A DNA stretch of 64,000 nt from Octopus sinensis (GCF_006345805.1 NC_043007.1:12400001-12464000); one strand, 5' to 3'. Numbered from the stretch's first letter, positions 1 to 11,505 are shown. Numbers and translations are program-made. Notes: a model not told the origin generated them from the sequence alone.

Positions 1-99
1 TTCTTTACTTGTCACCTGCACAGTAGTCAGTCCAGCGGCACTGGCAACTGCCAGGTGCCAGTCATAGGATTGGTTCAATTTCGATTCCGATTTCATATC

Positions 100-290
100 T
101 AGCCCAAATATTCTACCTGTTTTCTGTTCAAACCAGCTAGATCTGGTCTCTTGCACCTACCATACAATGTTATTCTAAAGGTAAACAATCACATAGTTGA
201 TATCTTGAAGCTAGAAGATAATGCATGGTTAACACGGTTAATTCAAAACAATGTGAATAAAGAAGCAGTACATTGGACAGAACAAAAGTT
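100..290 (+). mobile_element. Diverged partial copy of TTAA-type MITE (family J)
   Basis: Shares 'ccagatctggtctc...gctacaagataatgca...caaaacaatgtg' with the complete copy at 10903-11122. Confidence 0.55.
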
Positions 291-456
291 AGAGTTTAAT
301 TAAAGCTTAATAGTTAATCATTTGATCTATGCCAGTAATTTTTGTCACCCTTAACTAATTATGCTTTTACTGACTGATTTCACTTGACACATTTGTAATG
401 AAGTCGATATCTTTTACTATCATGCTCTTTTGCTAATTCATTTCTCTCCTATTTCC

Positions 457-917
457 TATATTGGATCTTTTCACTTTGATCGGCAGATTTTTAAAATAAT
501 TTCTTTGTAACTAAACACTTTCATCGATACTACGGTCATAATTATGGGTGGACACTAAAGAGGGAACGGTTTTGTTATCCAGCTCTGTTTACGAGTGACC
601 CCTCAGTTTATGGCTACAGGGTATCTTTTTCTCTCATAAATAACAGTGACACATTGATATGACACCACCAGAAAATGTTGTTGACAAGCTACGGCAGAAA
701 TTGTATTCACCTCAATAGATGTCAATGATTGGTTGAAATTGCCAAAATGCAAGAAATTAAACAACAAATAGCTTACAAACTACAGAATTTTCTCAAGAAA
801 GCCAAGAGAAAAAGATGTTTTATAAACACATTCTACCAGTATACGAAGTTTAAAAGTGTTTAGTTACAAAGAAATTATTTTAAAAATCTGCCGGTCAAAG
901 CGAAAAGATCCTCTATA
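457..917. mobile_element. MITE with ~59-bp terminal inverted repeats, TA-rich flanks (Tc1/mariner-type, inferred)
   Basis: 463-521 'ggatcttttcactttgatcggcagatttttaaaataatttctttgtaactaaacacttt' is the near-perfect reverse complement of 853-911; no internal ORF. Confidence 0.75.
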
Positions 918-1506
918 TTTATGCATGCAAGTACCAAAATAATTGTTGCATATTATTTTCTACTCAATATTTGTCTAATTTTGGAAGAATATTCTCAGTT
1001 TTATTTCTTTAAAATCTGATCTGATTTTTCTTGATTGAACTAGCTCAAGGTTCAATAGTCTATCGGTGAACAGAAAAACCATTTTTTCCCATGGAATTTC
1101 TTTGGCAAAATATTAAACAGAATATAAAGCTACTTAGATTTTCTCATTATCTTTATTTAGTAAATAAATCAGCTTCATGTATTAATTTTGAGTAAGACAA
1201 CACTCAATTTATAATATCAATTCAAGAAAGAAAAAAAAAAGAAAATACGATCTACAATAAATAATATCATCGGATAATAATAAATGTAACAGCCTTTGAC
1301 AAACTTACACGCAAAACTTCAATTTTGCTTTTTTTTTATTTTATAACTTATGATCTTTTTTTTTTTGCAAATGATTTCTCAGGTTTCATATTTATACAAA
1401 CACTATGACGACAATGATGACGAGGGGGGGGGGAGGGGGACGATGACAGCCAACGAACATTCTACAACTCATTCGCCATAAACTGTATACATGGAGCAAA
1501 CTCACG

Positions 1507-1836
1507 CATCATCATCATCATCATCATCATCATTGCCGTCATCGTTTAACGTCTGCTTTCCATGCTGGCATGGGTTGGACGGTTTGACTGCTCGATTAGC
1601 AAGCCAGGAGGCTGTTCTGGCAAGATTTCTACAGCTGGATGCCCTTCCTAATGCCAACCACTCCGAGAGTGTAGTGGGTGCCTTTTACGTGCCACTGGCA
1701 TAGGTGCCAGTCAGGCGGCATTGGCATCAGTCATACCCAAATGATGCTTTTTATGTGCCACCAGCACGGGTGCCACTCAGGTGGCACTAACATCAGCCAC
1801 ACTCAAATGGTGATTTTTACATGCCACCAGTACAGG
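1507..1836 (-). mobile_element. Family A retroposon ((GAT)n tail, internal ~50-bp repeats)
   Basis: (cat)n-gtttaacgtc...gatgcccttcctaatgccaaccactcc...gtgctttttacgtgcc motif recurring >10 times in the window. Confidence 0.85.
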
Positions 1837-1847
1837 AGTTCCAATTA

Positions 1848-1998
1848 TTTACATCCCTGTAACTTAGCAGTTCAGTAAAAGTGACTGACGGAATAAGTAC
1901 CAGGATTAAAAAATAAGCAGTGGTGTCAATTTATTCGACTAAAACTTCAAGGCAGTGCCCCAGCATGGCCACAGTCCAATGACTGAAACAAGTAAAAA
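1848..1998 (+). mobile_element. Family B SINE 3' half, diverged
   Basis: gtaacttagcagttc...cagcatggccacagtc...gactgaaacaagtaaaa. Confidence 0.7.
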
Positions 1999-2050
1999 AT
2001 ATAGGATTTTAGCCCCCCAAAAAAACAAAATAACATTGTGATACATACAT

Positions 2051-2083
<33 letters not shown>

Positions 2084-2085
2084 CC

Positions 2086-2210
2086 GTTGTGTCTGGGGAG
2101 AGCCATTCTCTTTTAGTGCCCTATAAAAGAGAATGAATCTCCCCAGACACAACAGAATATGCTTCAACACACGAACTCATATAAAGAATCTTGCAAACCA
2201 AATCCAAAAA

Positions 2211-2212
<2 letters not shown>
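2086..2212. repeat. 30-bp-arm hairpin plus unique extension (foldback family X/Y)
   Basis: 2086-2115 pairs with 2124-2153 around an 8-nt loop; hairpin arm and extension both recur at 10323-10732. Confidence 0.8.
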
Positions 2213-2214
<2 letters not shown>

Positions 2215-2272
<58 letters not shown>

Positions 2273-2387
2273 GTATATATATATGTATAATATATGTATA
2301 TATATATGTATATATATATGTATATATATATGTATCTATATATGTATATATATATATATACATATATATATACATATATATATATAC

Positions 2388-2433
<46 letters not shown>

Positions 2434-2495
2434 ATGTATATATATGTATATATATATATATATATATAATATATATATATATATATGTATGTATA
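2215..2495. repeat. (TA)n-rich compound microsatellite
   Basis: Direct inspection; source of the poly-IY ORFs. Confidence 0.97.
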
Positions 2496-2942
2496 TATGA
2501 ACTAAGCATGAAGAGTCATAAAAATCAAATTTTTTATCAAGAACATAGGTCAACAACTCCAATCAAAGCATTAAAATACGTTATAATCTATCGGAAAACT
2601 GTTAAATAGACTAGAAAAATCACAAATTAAAATTTTTCTCTTATCTAAAGATTTCCAGACTGTCTTCAATGGAATTCTAATAACTATATCTTCATGGTTT
2701 TATTAAGACCTTTCAGTAATTATAATTAGTTTAAAATTAAAACCATTTAGAGTTTTACTATATTTCTCACTTTAATCGGAGAATCTTTTATTGAAAACCA
2801 ATTTCTTATGCATCTTCCATCGTATTAAGACTAAAACATTTAGAAAAGTAGAACTATCACAGAATCATAGAATCCGGAATAGAATTATAAAGAATCAGCT
2901 TGCGCTAGAAATATTTGTATCTGGTTTAAAAATGAAATTGAA

Positions 2943-3160
2943 TATTCTTTTTTGTTCTAGGCACAAGGCCCGAAATTTTGGGAGGAGAGGACCAGTCGAT
3001 TAGATTAACCCTAGTACACAAATGGTACTCAATTTATCGCCCCCCCCCTCCCCCAAAAGGCAAAGTTGACCTTGGACCCCAGTTGCATACTGGGATCGAT
3101 CTAATCAACTGGACCCCTCCCCAAAAATTTCAGGCCTTGTGCCTAGAGTAGAAAAGAATA
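2943..3160. repeat. Two family C beta-tails in inverted orientation (foldback)
   Basis: 2943-3016 'tattcttt..tctaggcacaaggcccgaaatttt' mirrored by 3089-3160 'aaaatttcaggccttgtgcctagagtagaaaagaata'. Confidence 0.8.
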
Positions 3161-3235
3161 ATTAATTGAGGAATACAGTGTATTTCATTAAAAATATAGT
3201 CACGAAAAGGTATTTGAAATTTTTAAAATAAGAGC

Positions 3236-3322
3236 CAAAGACTCGTTATTAAACCCAAAGACTCATTATTAAACTCAAAGACTCATTATTAAACTCAAAG
3301 ACTTGTTATTGAACCCAAAGAC
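3236..3322. repeat. 20-bp minisatellite, ~4.3 units
   Basis: (aaagactcattattaaactc)n with few substitutions. Confidence 0.9.
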
Positions 3323-3374
3323 GTGGATTCAATTTGCCAAGAAATTTCACAACATCCAACAATGATATAAATAT

Positions 3375-3615
3375 AATCTTTCATCTTTTACTTGTTTCAA
3401 TCATTAGAATGTGGCCATGCTGGGGCACTGTCTTGAAGAATTTCTTTTAGCTGAATGAAATGACTCCAGTCTTATAGAATGAGCCTGGTACTAATTCTAT
3501 CAGACTCTTTTGCCGAACCATTTAGTTACTGAGGCGTAAACACACCAATACCAGCAGTCAAGCAATGGTGGAAGAGAGAAACAAAGATAGAAAGACAAAC
3601 ACACACACACATCGA
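3375..3615 (-). mobile_element. Family B SINE 3' half, diverged
   Basis: ttttacttgtttcaatcatt...gtggccatgctgg...ttttgccgaacc. Confidence 0.65.
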
Positions 3616-3828
3616 AGTTAATGGGGGATAGAATTTCTTAGGGAAACATGATGAAAGCATACTGGTTGCAGCGAGATTAATAATTCTTCCTACTGTAGGA
3701 ACAAGACCCAAAAATTGTGGGGAGAGACCTAGTCAATTACACAGACCCTAGTACTCAACGGGAATTCTTTTATCGACTCTGAAAGGATAAAAGACAAAGT
3801 CAATCACTTCAGAATTTGAACCCAGAAC

Positions 3829-4290
3829 ATCATCATCATCATCATCGTTTAACGTCTGCATTCAATGCTGGCATGGGTTGGACGATTTGACTGAGGACTG
3901 GCAAACCAAATGGCTGCATCAGGCTCCAATCTTGATCTGACAGAGTTTCTACAGCTGGATGCCCTTCCTAACGCCAACCACTCCAAGAGTGTAGTGGGTG
4001 CTTTTATATGCCACTGGCATGGGGGCCAGTCAGGCGGTACTGGCAATGACCTCGCTCAAATGTTCTTTCACGTGCCACCGGTACAAGTGCCAGTGAGGTG
4101 ACGCAGGTAACGAACACGCTCGAATGGTGCCTTTTACATGCCACCGGCACGGAAGCCAGTTAGCCACTCTGTCAACGATCGTGCTTGGATGGTGCTCTTA
4201 GCACTCCACTAGCACAGATGCCAGTCCTCGAATTTGATTTCGATTTCAATTTCACTTGCCTCAACAGGTCTTCGCAAGCAGAGTTTAGTG
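3829..4290 (-). mobile_element. Family A retroposon, long copy with 3-4 internal repeat units
   Basis: (cat)n tail, gatgcccttcctaacgccaaccac, repeated ggtgc(t)ttta(c/t)gtgccac units. Confidence 0.85.
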
Positions 4291-4642
4291 TCCAAAGAAG
4301 GAAAGGTGGAACAGATGCTGCTAATGATTCAACCAGCTTACTGTTCAAAATATGAGCTTAATAATGAAAACAATTATTTTACTAAATATCGCTTAATTAT
4401 TTTAATAATTAATTGAGGAATACAGTGTATTTCATAAAAAAATATGGTCACGAAAAGGTTAAAATAGAAAGGAGGAGGCTAACAGTACAGGAAACATTTT
4501 CAGTCATCTTTAACAGTTGGTATGTGTATAATTGCTATGAGCAAACACAAATAGTTTGAAATGGCCAGGTTAAAAAATATATTTTCAGTTTTTAACGGTT
4601 AAACTTGAAGAAAAGCTATAAACAATAGCATATAAATGGGAA

Positions 4643-5027
4643 TGGAAGCACTCCGTCGGTTACGACGATGAGGGTCCCGGTTGATCCGAATCAACGGAAC
4701 AGCCTGCTCATGAAATTAATGTTTAAGTGGCTGAGCACTCCACAGACACGTGTACCGTTAACGTAGTTCTCGGGGATATTCAGCGTGACACAGAGAGTGA
4801 CAAGGCCGGCCCCTTGAAATACAGGTACAACAGAAACAGGAAGTAAGAGTGAGAGAAAGTTGTGGTGAAAAAGTACAGCAGGGATCACCACCATCCCCTG
4901 CTGGAGCCTCGTGGAGCTTTTAGGTGTTTTCGCTCAATAAACACTCACAACGCCCGGTCTGGGAATCGAAACCGCAATCCTATGACCGCAAGTCCGCTGC
5001 CCTAACCACTGGGCCATTGCGCCTCCA
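4643..5027 (-). mobile_element. Family D tRNA-derived SINE, full length
   Basis: Head ggaggcgcaatggcccagtggttagggc...gtttcgattccc on minus strand; ~12-bp TSD tagcat(a/g)taaat at 4626 and 5029. Confidence 0.9.
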
Positions 5028-5254
5028 CTAGCATGTAAATAGAGAGTTGAAAAAAAAACCTCTTCAGATAGAGAAATTCAAAGGGTACAAGTGGGGCATG
5101 AACCCATTAAAAACAAATTATTTCATGCTCTCTCAAAGTTTACATTTTCAGATTTATTGTGTTCCACCGAATTATAAAACAGATATAATTAATATTCCAA
5201 ATTGAGGCATTGGTTAAAAGAAAGGTGTCAGACAGCAGAATACTCATTTACTCA

Positions 5255-5648
5255 TTTACTTATTCGTTTCAGTCATATGACTGTGGCCATGCTGCAGCAC
5301 CACCTTTAGTCGAGGAAATCGACCCCAGGACTTATTCTTTGTAAGCCTAGTACTTATTCTATTGGTCTCATTTGCTGAACCTCTAAGTTACAGAGACTTA
5401 AACACACCAGCATCGGTTGTCAAGCGATGTTGGGGGAGGGACAAACACAGACACACAAACATACACACATATACATACATATATACGATGGGCTTCTTTC
5501 AGTTTCCGTCTACCAAATCCACTCACAAGGCATTGGTCGGCCCGAGGCGATAGTAGAAGACACTTGCCCAAGGTGCCACACAGTGGGACTGAACCCAGAA
5601 CCATGTGGTTGGTAAGCAAGCTACTTACCACACAGCCACTCCTACGCC
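5255..5648 (-). mobile_element. Family B SINE, full length
   Basis: Head gcgtaggagtggctgtgtggtaag...ggttcagtcccac, internal microsatellite, tail gactgaaac(g/a)agtaa. Confidence 0.9.
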
Positions 5649-5825
5649 TGAAATTTAGCTGAAATTTTTTTTTTAATTAGCAACTAAAGTTTTAAGGAAC
5701 AAAATATGACTCCATTGTTCTGGTTTAAACACTAAAATAAAGCATTTTAATTATCATGTAACGAGAACAGCAAATTAAAGATATAGAGTAGCAAAGCCTT
5801 GAATAATTAAGAACATTCTTAATTA

Positions 5826-5998
5826 TTTCGTATTTAAACCAGCCATGTCTAGACCAAATGTTCACCCTGTTTTATGTTTGAGGTGACCAGATCCAACCTC
5901 TCACACCTCCCCTGCAATATCATCTTAAAAATAAACAATCACACCACCGAAATCTCAATGCTACAAGATAATGCATGATTATTTCAAAACAATGTAAA
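5826..5998 (+). mobile_element. Family J MITE, partial
   Basis: Similarity to 10903-11122. Confidence 0.6.
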
Positions 5999-6007
5999 TA
6001 TATAGAT

Positions 6008-6413
6008 GTAGGCATGGCTGTGTGGTAAGAAGCTTGCTTCCCAACCACATGGTTCCAGGTTCAGTCCCACTGCGTGGCACATTGGGCAACTATCTTCTAC
6101 TATAGCCTCAAGCCAATCAAAGCCTTGTGAGTGGATTTGGCAGAGGGAAACTGAAAGAAGACCATCGTATATATCTATGTATATGTGTCTTTTGTGTCTG
6201 TGTTTGCAACCCCACCTCTCCACCATTGCTTGACAATAGATGTTGGTGTATTTATGTCCCTGTAACTTAGCAGTTCAACAAAAGAAAACAATAGAATAAG
6301 TACTGGGCTTACAAAGATAAAGCCTTGGGACCGATTTCTTCAACATAAGAAAAAAACCCTCTAAAGTGGTGCTCCAGCATGGCCACAGTCGAATGACTGA
6401 AACAAGTAAAAGA
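6008..6413 (+). mobile_element. Family B SINE
   Basis: gtaggcatggctgtgtggtaagaagc...gactgaaacaagtaaaag. Confidence 0.88.
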
Positions 6414-6432
6414 ATAGATAAATAATAAATAA

Positions 6433-6682
6433 ATGCACCCTTTTAAAGCCTAGTTCAGGCTCATGGGCCCAGTTTCCCGGTTTCAATGGCTTATGTGTTC
6501 GCCAGCTGGACGGGATGCCAGTCCATCGCAGCATTACTCACTTTTGCCAGCTGAGTGGACTGGAGCAACGTGAAATGAAGTGTATTGCTCAAGAACACAA
6601 CGCGTCGACCGATCCAGGAATCGAAACCACAATCTTACAAGCATGATGCTGACACCCTAACCACTAAGCAACATGCCTCCAC
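6433..6682 (-). mobile_element. Family G tRNA-derived SINE
   Basis: Minus-strand head gtggaggc..ttagtggttagggtgtcag...gtttcgattcc; tail aaccgggaaactgggcccatgagcc. Confidence 0.85.
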
Positions 6683-6739
6683 ATTATATATATATATATT
6701 CATCTGAATCTAAATTTTGCTGAACTTCTATATATATAA

Positions 6740-6988
6740 ATGTGCCCTTTTAAAGCCTAGCCAGGCTCATGGGCCTGGTTTCCTGGTTTCTATGGCATAT
6801 GTCTTCCCCAGCTGGATGGGACGCCAGTCCATCATAGCGTTACTCATTTTTGCCAGCTGAGTTGACTGGAGCAACATGAAATGAAGTGTTTTGCCCAAGA
6901 ACACAACGCATCGCCCGGTCCGGGAATCGAAACCTCAATCTTACGATCATAATACTGACACCCTAACCACTAAGCTATGCGCCTCCAC
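6740..6988 (-). mobile_element. Family G SINE, second tandem copy
   Basis: Near-duplicate of 6433-6682. Confidence 0.85.
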
Positions 6989-7059
6989 TAAAAGAATAAA
7001 AGAATAAGAATAACCATTATGTTCAGCAGAGTAAACTGAATGCTGAAAAGTTAAGCACT

Positions 7060-7287
7060 TAGACCCATTTGATGTGAACCTCTTTGAGACATTCCTTGGT
7101 TCTGTAATACAAACTTCCTGTATAAAGTGCTCTGAATTAGTCTTTCATCGAAATTCCTTGCTAATTAATGTTCCTAACACAAGCTTAACAATGCCAAAGT
7201 TATTTTACCAAATTATTCTTTATTTTCAAAATTAATTGAAACACTGGCAGCGTATGGTATTAGAAATATGGTAACAAAAGCATTAAG
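7060..7287 (+). mobile_element. Family K TTAA-type MITE, diverged
   Basis: Collinear with 29833-30060 and 30380-31140; ends agaaatatggtaacaaaagcattaa. Confidence 0.6.
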
Positions 7288-7635
7288 AAGCTAAAACTGG
7301 ATTAATTAATGTGGAAGAATTAGATGGTTTTATTTCAAAAATACAGATCATTATTCTAAGATTCTAAAACAATAAGGGCCATGAAAGCAAATTCAATTCA
7401 ACCTGCAATGAATAATATACAAGACAATGTGACTGTGAGCTAATGAGGAAAACTCTATGTGAGAGCTCGACTTGCTAGAAATAGTAGCCAAATCTATCTT
7501 AAATCACAACTCATCAACTTTATAAAATGGAATATGTATTAGATAATGTAGATACTCCTACAGACAGGATGGTCGTGGCTGTAATACAGTTGGTCAAAGA
7601 TCTGCTCAGTCTGGATTAATATGGAAGTAAACGAA

Positions 7636-7805
7636 AGAAGAAGAAGAAGAAGAAGAAGAAGAAGAAGAAGAAGAAGAAGAAGAAGAAGAAGAAGAAGAAG
7701 AAGAAGAAGAAGAAGAAGAAGAAGAAGAAGAAGAAGAAGAAGAAGAAGAAGAAGAAGAAGAAGAAGAAGAAGAAGAAGAAGAAGAAGAAGAAGAAGAAGA
7801 AGAAG
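7636..7805 (+). repeat. Perfect (GAA)~56 trinucleotide tract
   Basis: Direct inspection. Confidence 0.98.
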
Positions 7806-7825
7806 CACAACCACCACCACCACCA

Positions 7826-8125
7826 CCGATTATATCAAAAAACCGAATACACAACACATCAAAAGGTGACTAAGTGCAGAATATGTGAAAAAAAGGGTGA
7901 AACCATATGGCACATTACCAGCCAATGTACGCCACTAGCCCAGAAGGAACATAAGAGACATCACGACAATATAGCAAGGATTGTCCATTGGACACTTTGC
8001 AACAAGTATGGATTTGACGGGGCAAAAAAGTGGTACGGACATAAACCCATAGGCATCATCGAAAATGATAATGCAAAGATCCTTTGGGATTTTATGATTC
8101 AGTGCAACCATGAGATAAAGAATAG
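7826..8125 (+). mobile_element. RLE-type non-LTR retrotransposon fragment (R4/Dong-like), CCHC knuckle region
   Basis: CRICEKKGETIWHITSQC (C-x2-C-x8-H-x4-C) followed by HWTLCNKYG...ENDNAKILWDFMIQC; same protein as 47640-48232. Confidence 0.88.
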
Positions 8126-8129
8126 GAAG

Positions 8130-8520
8130 GCCAGCAATTTCAGTGGAGGGGATAAGTCAGTTACATCAACCCCAGTGCGCAACTGGTGCTTATTTAATTA
8201 ACCCTGAAAGGATGAAAGGCAAAGCTGGCCTCAGTGGAATTTGAACTCAAAACATTATGCTGAAAGAAATGCCACAAAGAAAATTGTCCAGTGTAAGTTA
8301 ATGATTCTCTCCTTAATTGTTTCAAAATTTGGCACAAGACCAGTAATTTTAGGGAGGTGAAGATTTGTTGATTACATCAAACCCAGTACTTGGCTGGTTC
8401 TTTATTTCATCAACCCCCAAAAGGATGAAAGGCAAAGTTGACCTTGGCAAGATCTGAATTTAAAAAATCATAAAGAACTGGAAGAAACACGGCAATGCTC
8501 AAATACTTCTGCCAGCTTAC
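8130..8520 (-). mobile_element. Two diverged family C fragments
   Basis: aaaggatgaaaggcaaag(t/c)tg..ctc..tggaatttgaact core present twice. Confidence 0.65.
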
Positions 8521-8521
8521 T

Positions 8522-8840
8522 ATCATCATCATCATCATCATCATTATCATCATTTAACGTCCGTTTTCCATGCTGGCATGGGTTGGATGGTTCGACCGAA
8601 GTCTGGGAAGCCAGGAGGCTGCGCCAGGCTCCAGTTTGATCTGGCAGTGTTTCAACAGCTGGATGCCCTTCCTAACGCCAACCACTCCGTGAGTGTAGTG
8701 GGTGCTTTTTACGTGTCACCGGCACAGGTGCCAGAGCAGGCTGGCAAACGGCCACGATCGGTTGGTGCTTTTACGTGTCACCAACACGGATGCCAGTCAG
8801 GCGGCACTGGCATCTGTCACATTCAGACGGTGCTTTTGAT
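8522..8840 (-). mobile_element. Family A retroposon
   Basis: (cat)n-tttaacgtccgttttccatgctggcatggg... Confidence 0.88.
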
Positions 8841-9474
8841 TTTTACTAAGTCGTTAACAAAATGAATGATTGGCTTGCTTGATGAAGCCAGGTTTCTAAA
8901 TTGGGAACTTTTGTCAGGAACAAACTTAAACATCATTATTTTGTAAATCATTACCAAATACATGAATCATCTCTTTGAATTAAATGTCAAAAATATAAAA
9001 AATCTTTAAAAGAAAACAACTTGACATTTTTGATGAGGGCAAATAATTTTTACCCAATTTTTTTAAAAGCTATAACCAACCAATAATCAATAATGAAAGA
9101 AAGAAATTGGAAAAAATTCCTTGGTTAAGAAACTTACTTCCCAACTATGCAGTATTGGGTTCAGTTCTCACTTGCTGGAACCTTGGGCAAGATTCTTCTA
9201 TAATATCCCTGGGTCAGTTCATGATTTGTGAGTGGATTTGATAGACCCAAGGTGAAAGAAGCCTGTTGTATGTATATATCTATGACAGTTATCTATGTAT
9301 CATACTAAATGTATATACACTGTTGACAGGCAAGCTACTGCTAAATTCGTTTGAGATAACATCTCTTATGGACATGCTGTGTTTTAAAACACAATATATA
9401 TCAGATCCAAAATGAATGGGGTATTTTTTGGTGGCTTTTGTTTTTCTCTAAATTCCTCTTTCATATTAATTTCA

Positions 9475-9670
9475 AATGTCGGCACAAGGCCAGCAATTTC
9501 AGGGAAGGGGCAAAGTCAATTACATTCACCCCAGTGTCCAGCTGGTACTTATTTTATCCACCTCAAAAGGATGAACGGCAAAGTCAACCGTGGTAGATTT
9601 TGAACGCAGAACATGAAGATGGGTAAAATAAAACTAAAAATGGTAACAATTCTGCCAGTTCACCACCTAA
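9475..9670 (-). mobile_element. Family C SINE, diverged
   Basis: ggcacaaggcc...aaaaggatgaacggcaaagtcaacc...tttgaacgcagaac. Confidence 0.65.
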
Positions 9671-10322
9671 AATTCTTCTTTCATATTAATAACAAAGAAT
9701 ATCTGGGGTAAGAATGTTAGCTAATAACAGAGAACTTGTCAGTTCGTTTGGAAATTAGATATATTAAATATGAAGAAACGATGGAAATAATTCAGTCTAA
9801 TTTCAGTAATGTACTGATGCCTTTCATAATCCAACTGAGGTTTCTGGCTTGCCAGAGCTGCAGCACGGATCAAAAGAGATAGATTAAGAATGATAAAGAA
9901 CCGAACTGACAAGTAAGAACATGAAAGTTCTGCAGAGAAAGAACAGATATGCGAAGAATAAACAAAGGATAAGGTTGAAAAACTAAGTAAACAATATCCT
10001 GCTAATTTACTGATAAGCAGCAACAGACATGGGATAAACAGATGTAAGTTTGGCTAGAAAGAGTAAGAAGTAGAAGCAATTGAGAAGGAAGGGAGAAAAA
10101 AGGAGGGTAAGTAAGACAAATGTACAGGTAATTCATTTAAACTTGAAAAAATAGATTGAAAACCATTGATCATAATGGTAACAGTATAATGGTCATATTG
10201 GGCAAAACTTTGGTAAACAGATGTAAAACATACTTTAGAATAATATTGGTGTTCTGAGATAGGGCAGTTAGAATATGTTGTTTGTTTTTTTAATAAAGTT
10301 TAAATTTGTTTATATTTCGTCT

Positions 10323-10732
10323 TTGGATTTGGTTTGCAAGATTCTTTATATGAGTTCGTGTGTTGAAGCATATTCTATTGTGTCTGTGGAGAGTCATTTT
10401 CTTTTTGTGCCTTATAATGTAAAATTTCCACTTATTTCTTATTTTTATTTTCCTAAAATTTTCGTTGCATCTTGCAACATTTTCAATAGTCTTGACTATT
10501 TCTAATTTTTATTTTCCTAAAATTTTCATTGCATCTTGCAACCTTTTCAATAGTTTTGACTCTTTTCAATAAAAAGGGGCAGTCAATAAGGGTTCAAAAC
10601 TATTGAAAATGTTGCAAGATGCAATGAAAATTTTAGGAAAATAAAAATTAGAAAAAAGTGGAAATTTTACCGATGAGTGTCTTACAATATAAGGCACAAA
10701 AAGAAAATGACTCTCCCCAGGCACAACAGAAT
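10323..10732. mobile_element. Foldback/palindromic element (family X/Y) with internal 64-bp repeat
   Basis: 10377-10416 is inverted at 10688-10731; the 64-bp unit occurs twice (10441, 10505) and once inverted (~10603-10655). Confidence 0.85.
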
Positions 10733-10902
10733 TTGTTTATATTATAGAGTAAATAGAAGGCAACATGCCTTTAAATCATAAACTACTGATAATTCCAAAA
10801 TATCTATTAAGGTATCTTCCATCTATCTCACCAAAGATAAATATTCATCTGCTCTTATTTCTTTTTTGCAAAAACAAACTGTAAAAGCCAAAAGTGTGTT
10901 AA

Positions 10903-11122
10903 CCCTTTAGCATTTAAACCGGCCATATCCGGCCAAAAGTATTCAGCCTGTTTTATGTTCAAAATGGCCAGATCTGGTCTCTCACACCAACCCTACAGTA
11001 TCGTCTTAAAATTAACAGCTACCTCATCAAAATCTCATAGCTACAAGATAATGCAGGATTAGTTCCAAACAATGTGGATAAAAAATGATTAGTTTTGGCA
11101 GAATAATATGAACAGTAAAGGG
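10903..11122. mobile_element. Family J MITE, complete, piggyBac-type ends
   Basis: TTAA|CCCTTTAG ... GTAAAGGG|TTAA. Confidence 0.82.
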
Positions 11123-11292
11123 TTAAATTCAGATCCATTATATGTCAATAATGTAAACTTTTGTGATAAACCTCTTCTCACAACAGTTGAGTATTCGTGT
11201 TATGCCCATCCACAAATTTAGTAAATTTCTAATTGATGAATCTGTATTTATTGTGGAGAGAAAAAAAAACAGTCTCTACAAATTTTTTTCTC

Positions 11293-11505
11293 ACTTTTAC
11301 TTGTTTCAGTCATTTGACTGCAGCTATGCAGTCGACACCAGGACTTATTCTTTGTAAGCCTAGTACTTATTCTATCGGTCTCTTTTGCCGAACCGCTAAG
11401 TTATGGGGGCGTAAACACACCAGCATCGGTTGTCAAGCAATGTTGGGGGGACAAACACAGACACACAAACATATACACACACATACATATATATATATAT
11501 ATATT
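11293..11505 (-). mobile_element. Family B SINE 3' half
   Basis: ttttacttgtttcagtcatttgactgcagc...ttttgccgaaccgctaag. Confidence 0.85.

Noticed and set aside
3157-4460. Direct repeat of a ~58-bp K-like MITE end at 3157 and 4405 suggesting a composite transposon
   Set aside because: Same orientation, no matching left end or TSD; better explained as one MITE end split or duplicated around later insertions
9780-10050. Purine-rich stretch reading LARAAARIKRDRLRMIKNRTDK*EHESSAEKEQ..., ending at a gtaagt donor-like site
   Set aside because: Two in-frame stops and no family I can name; possibly a TE relic but unsupported
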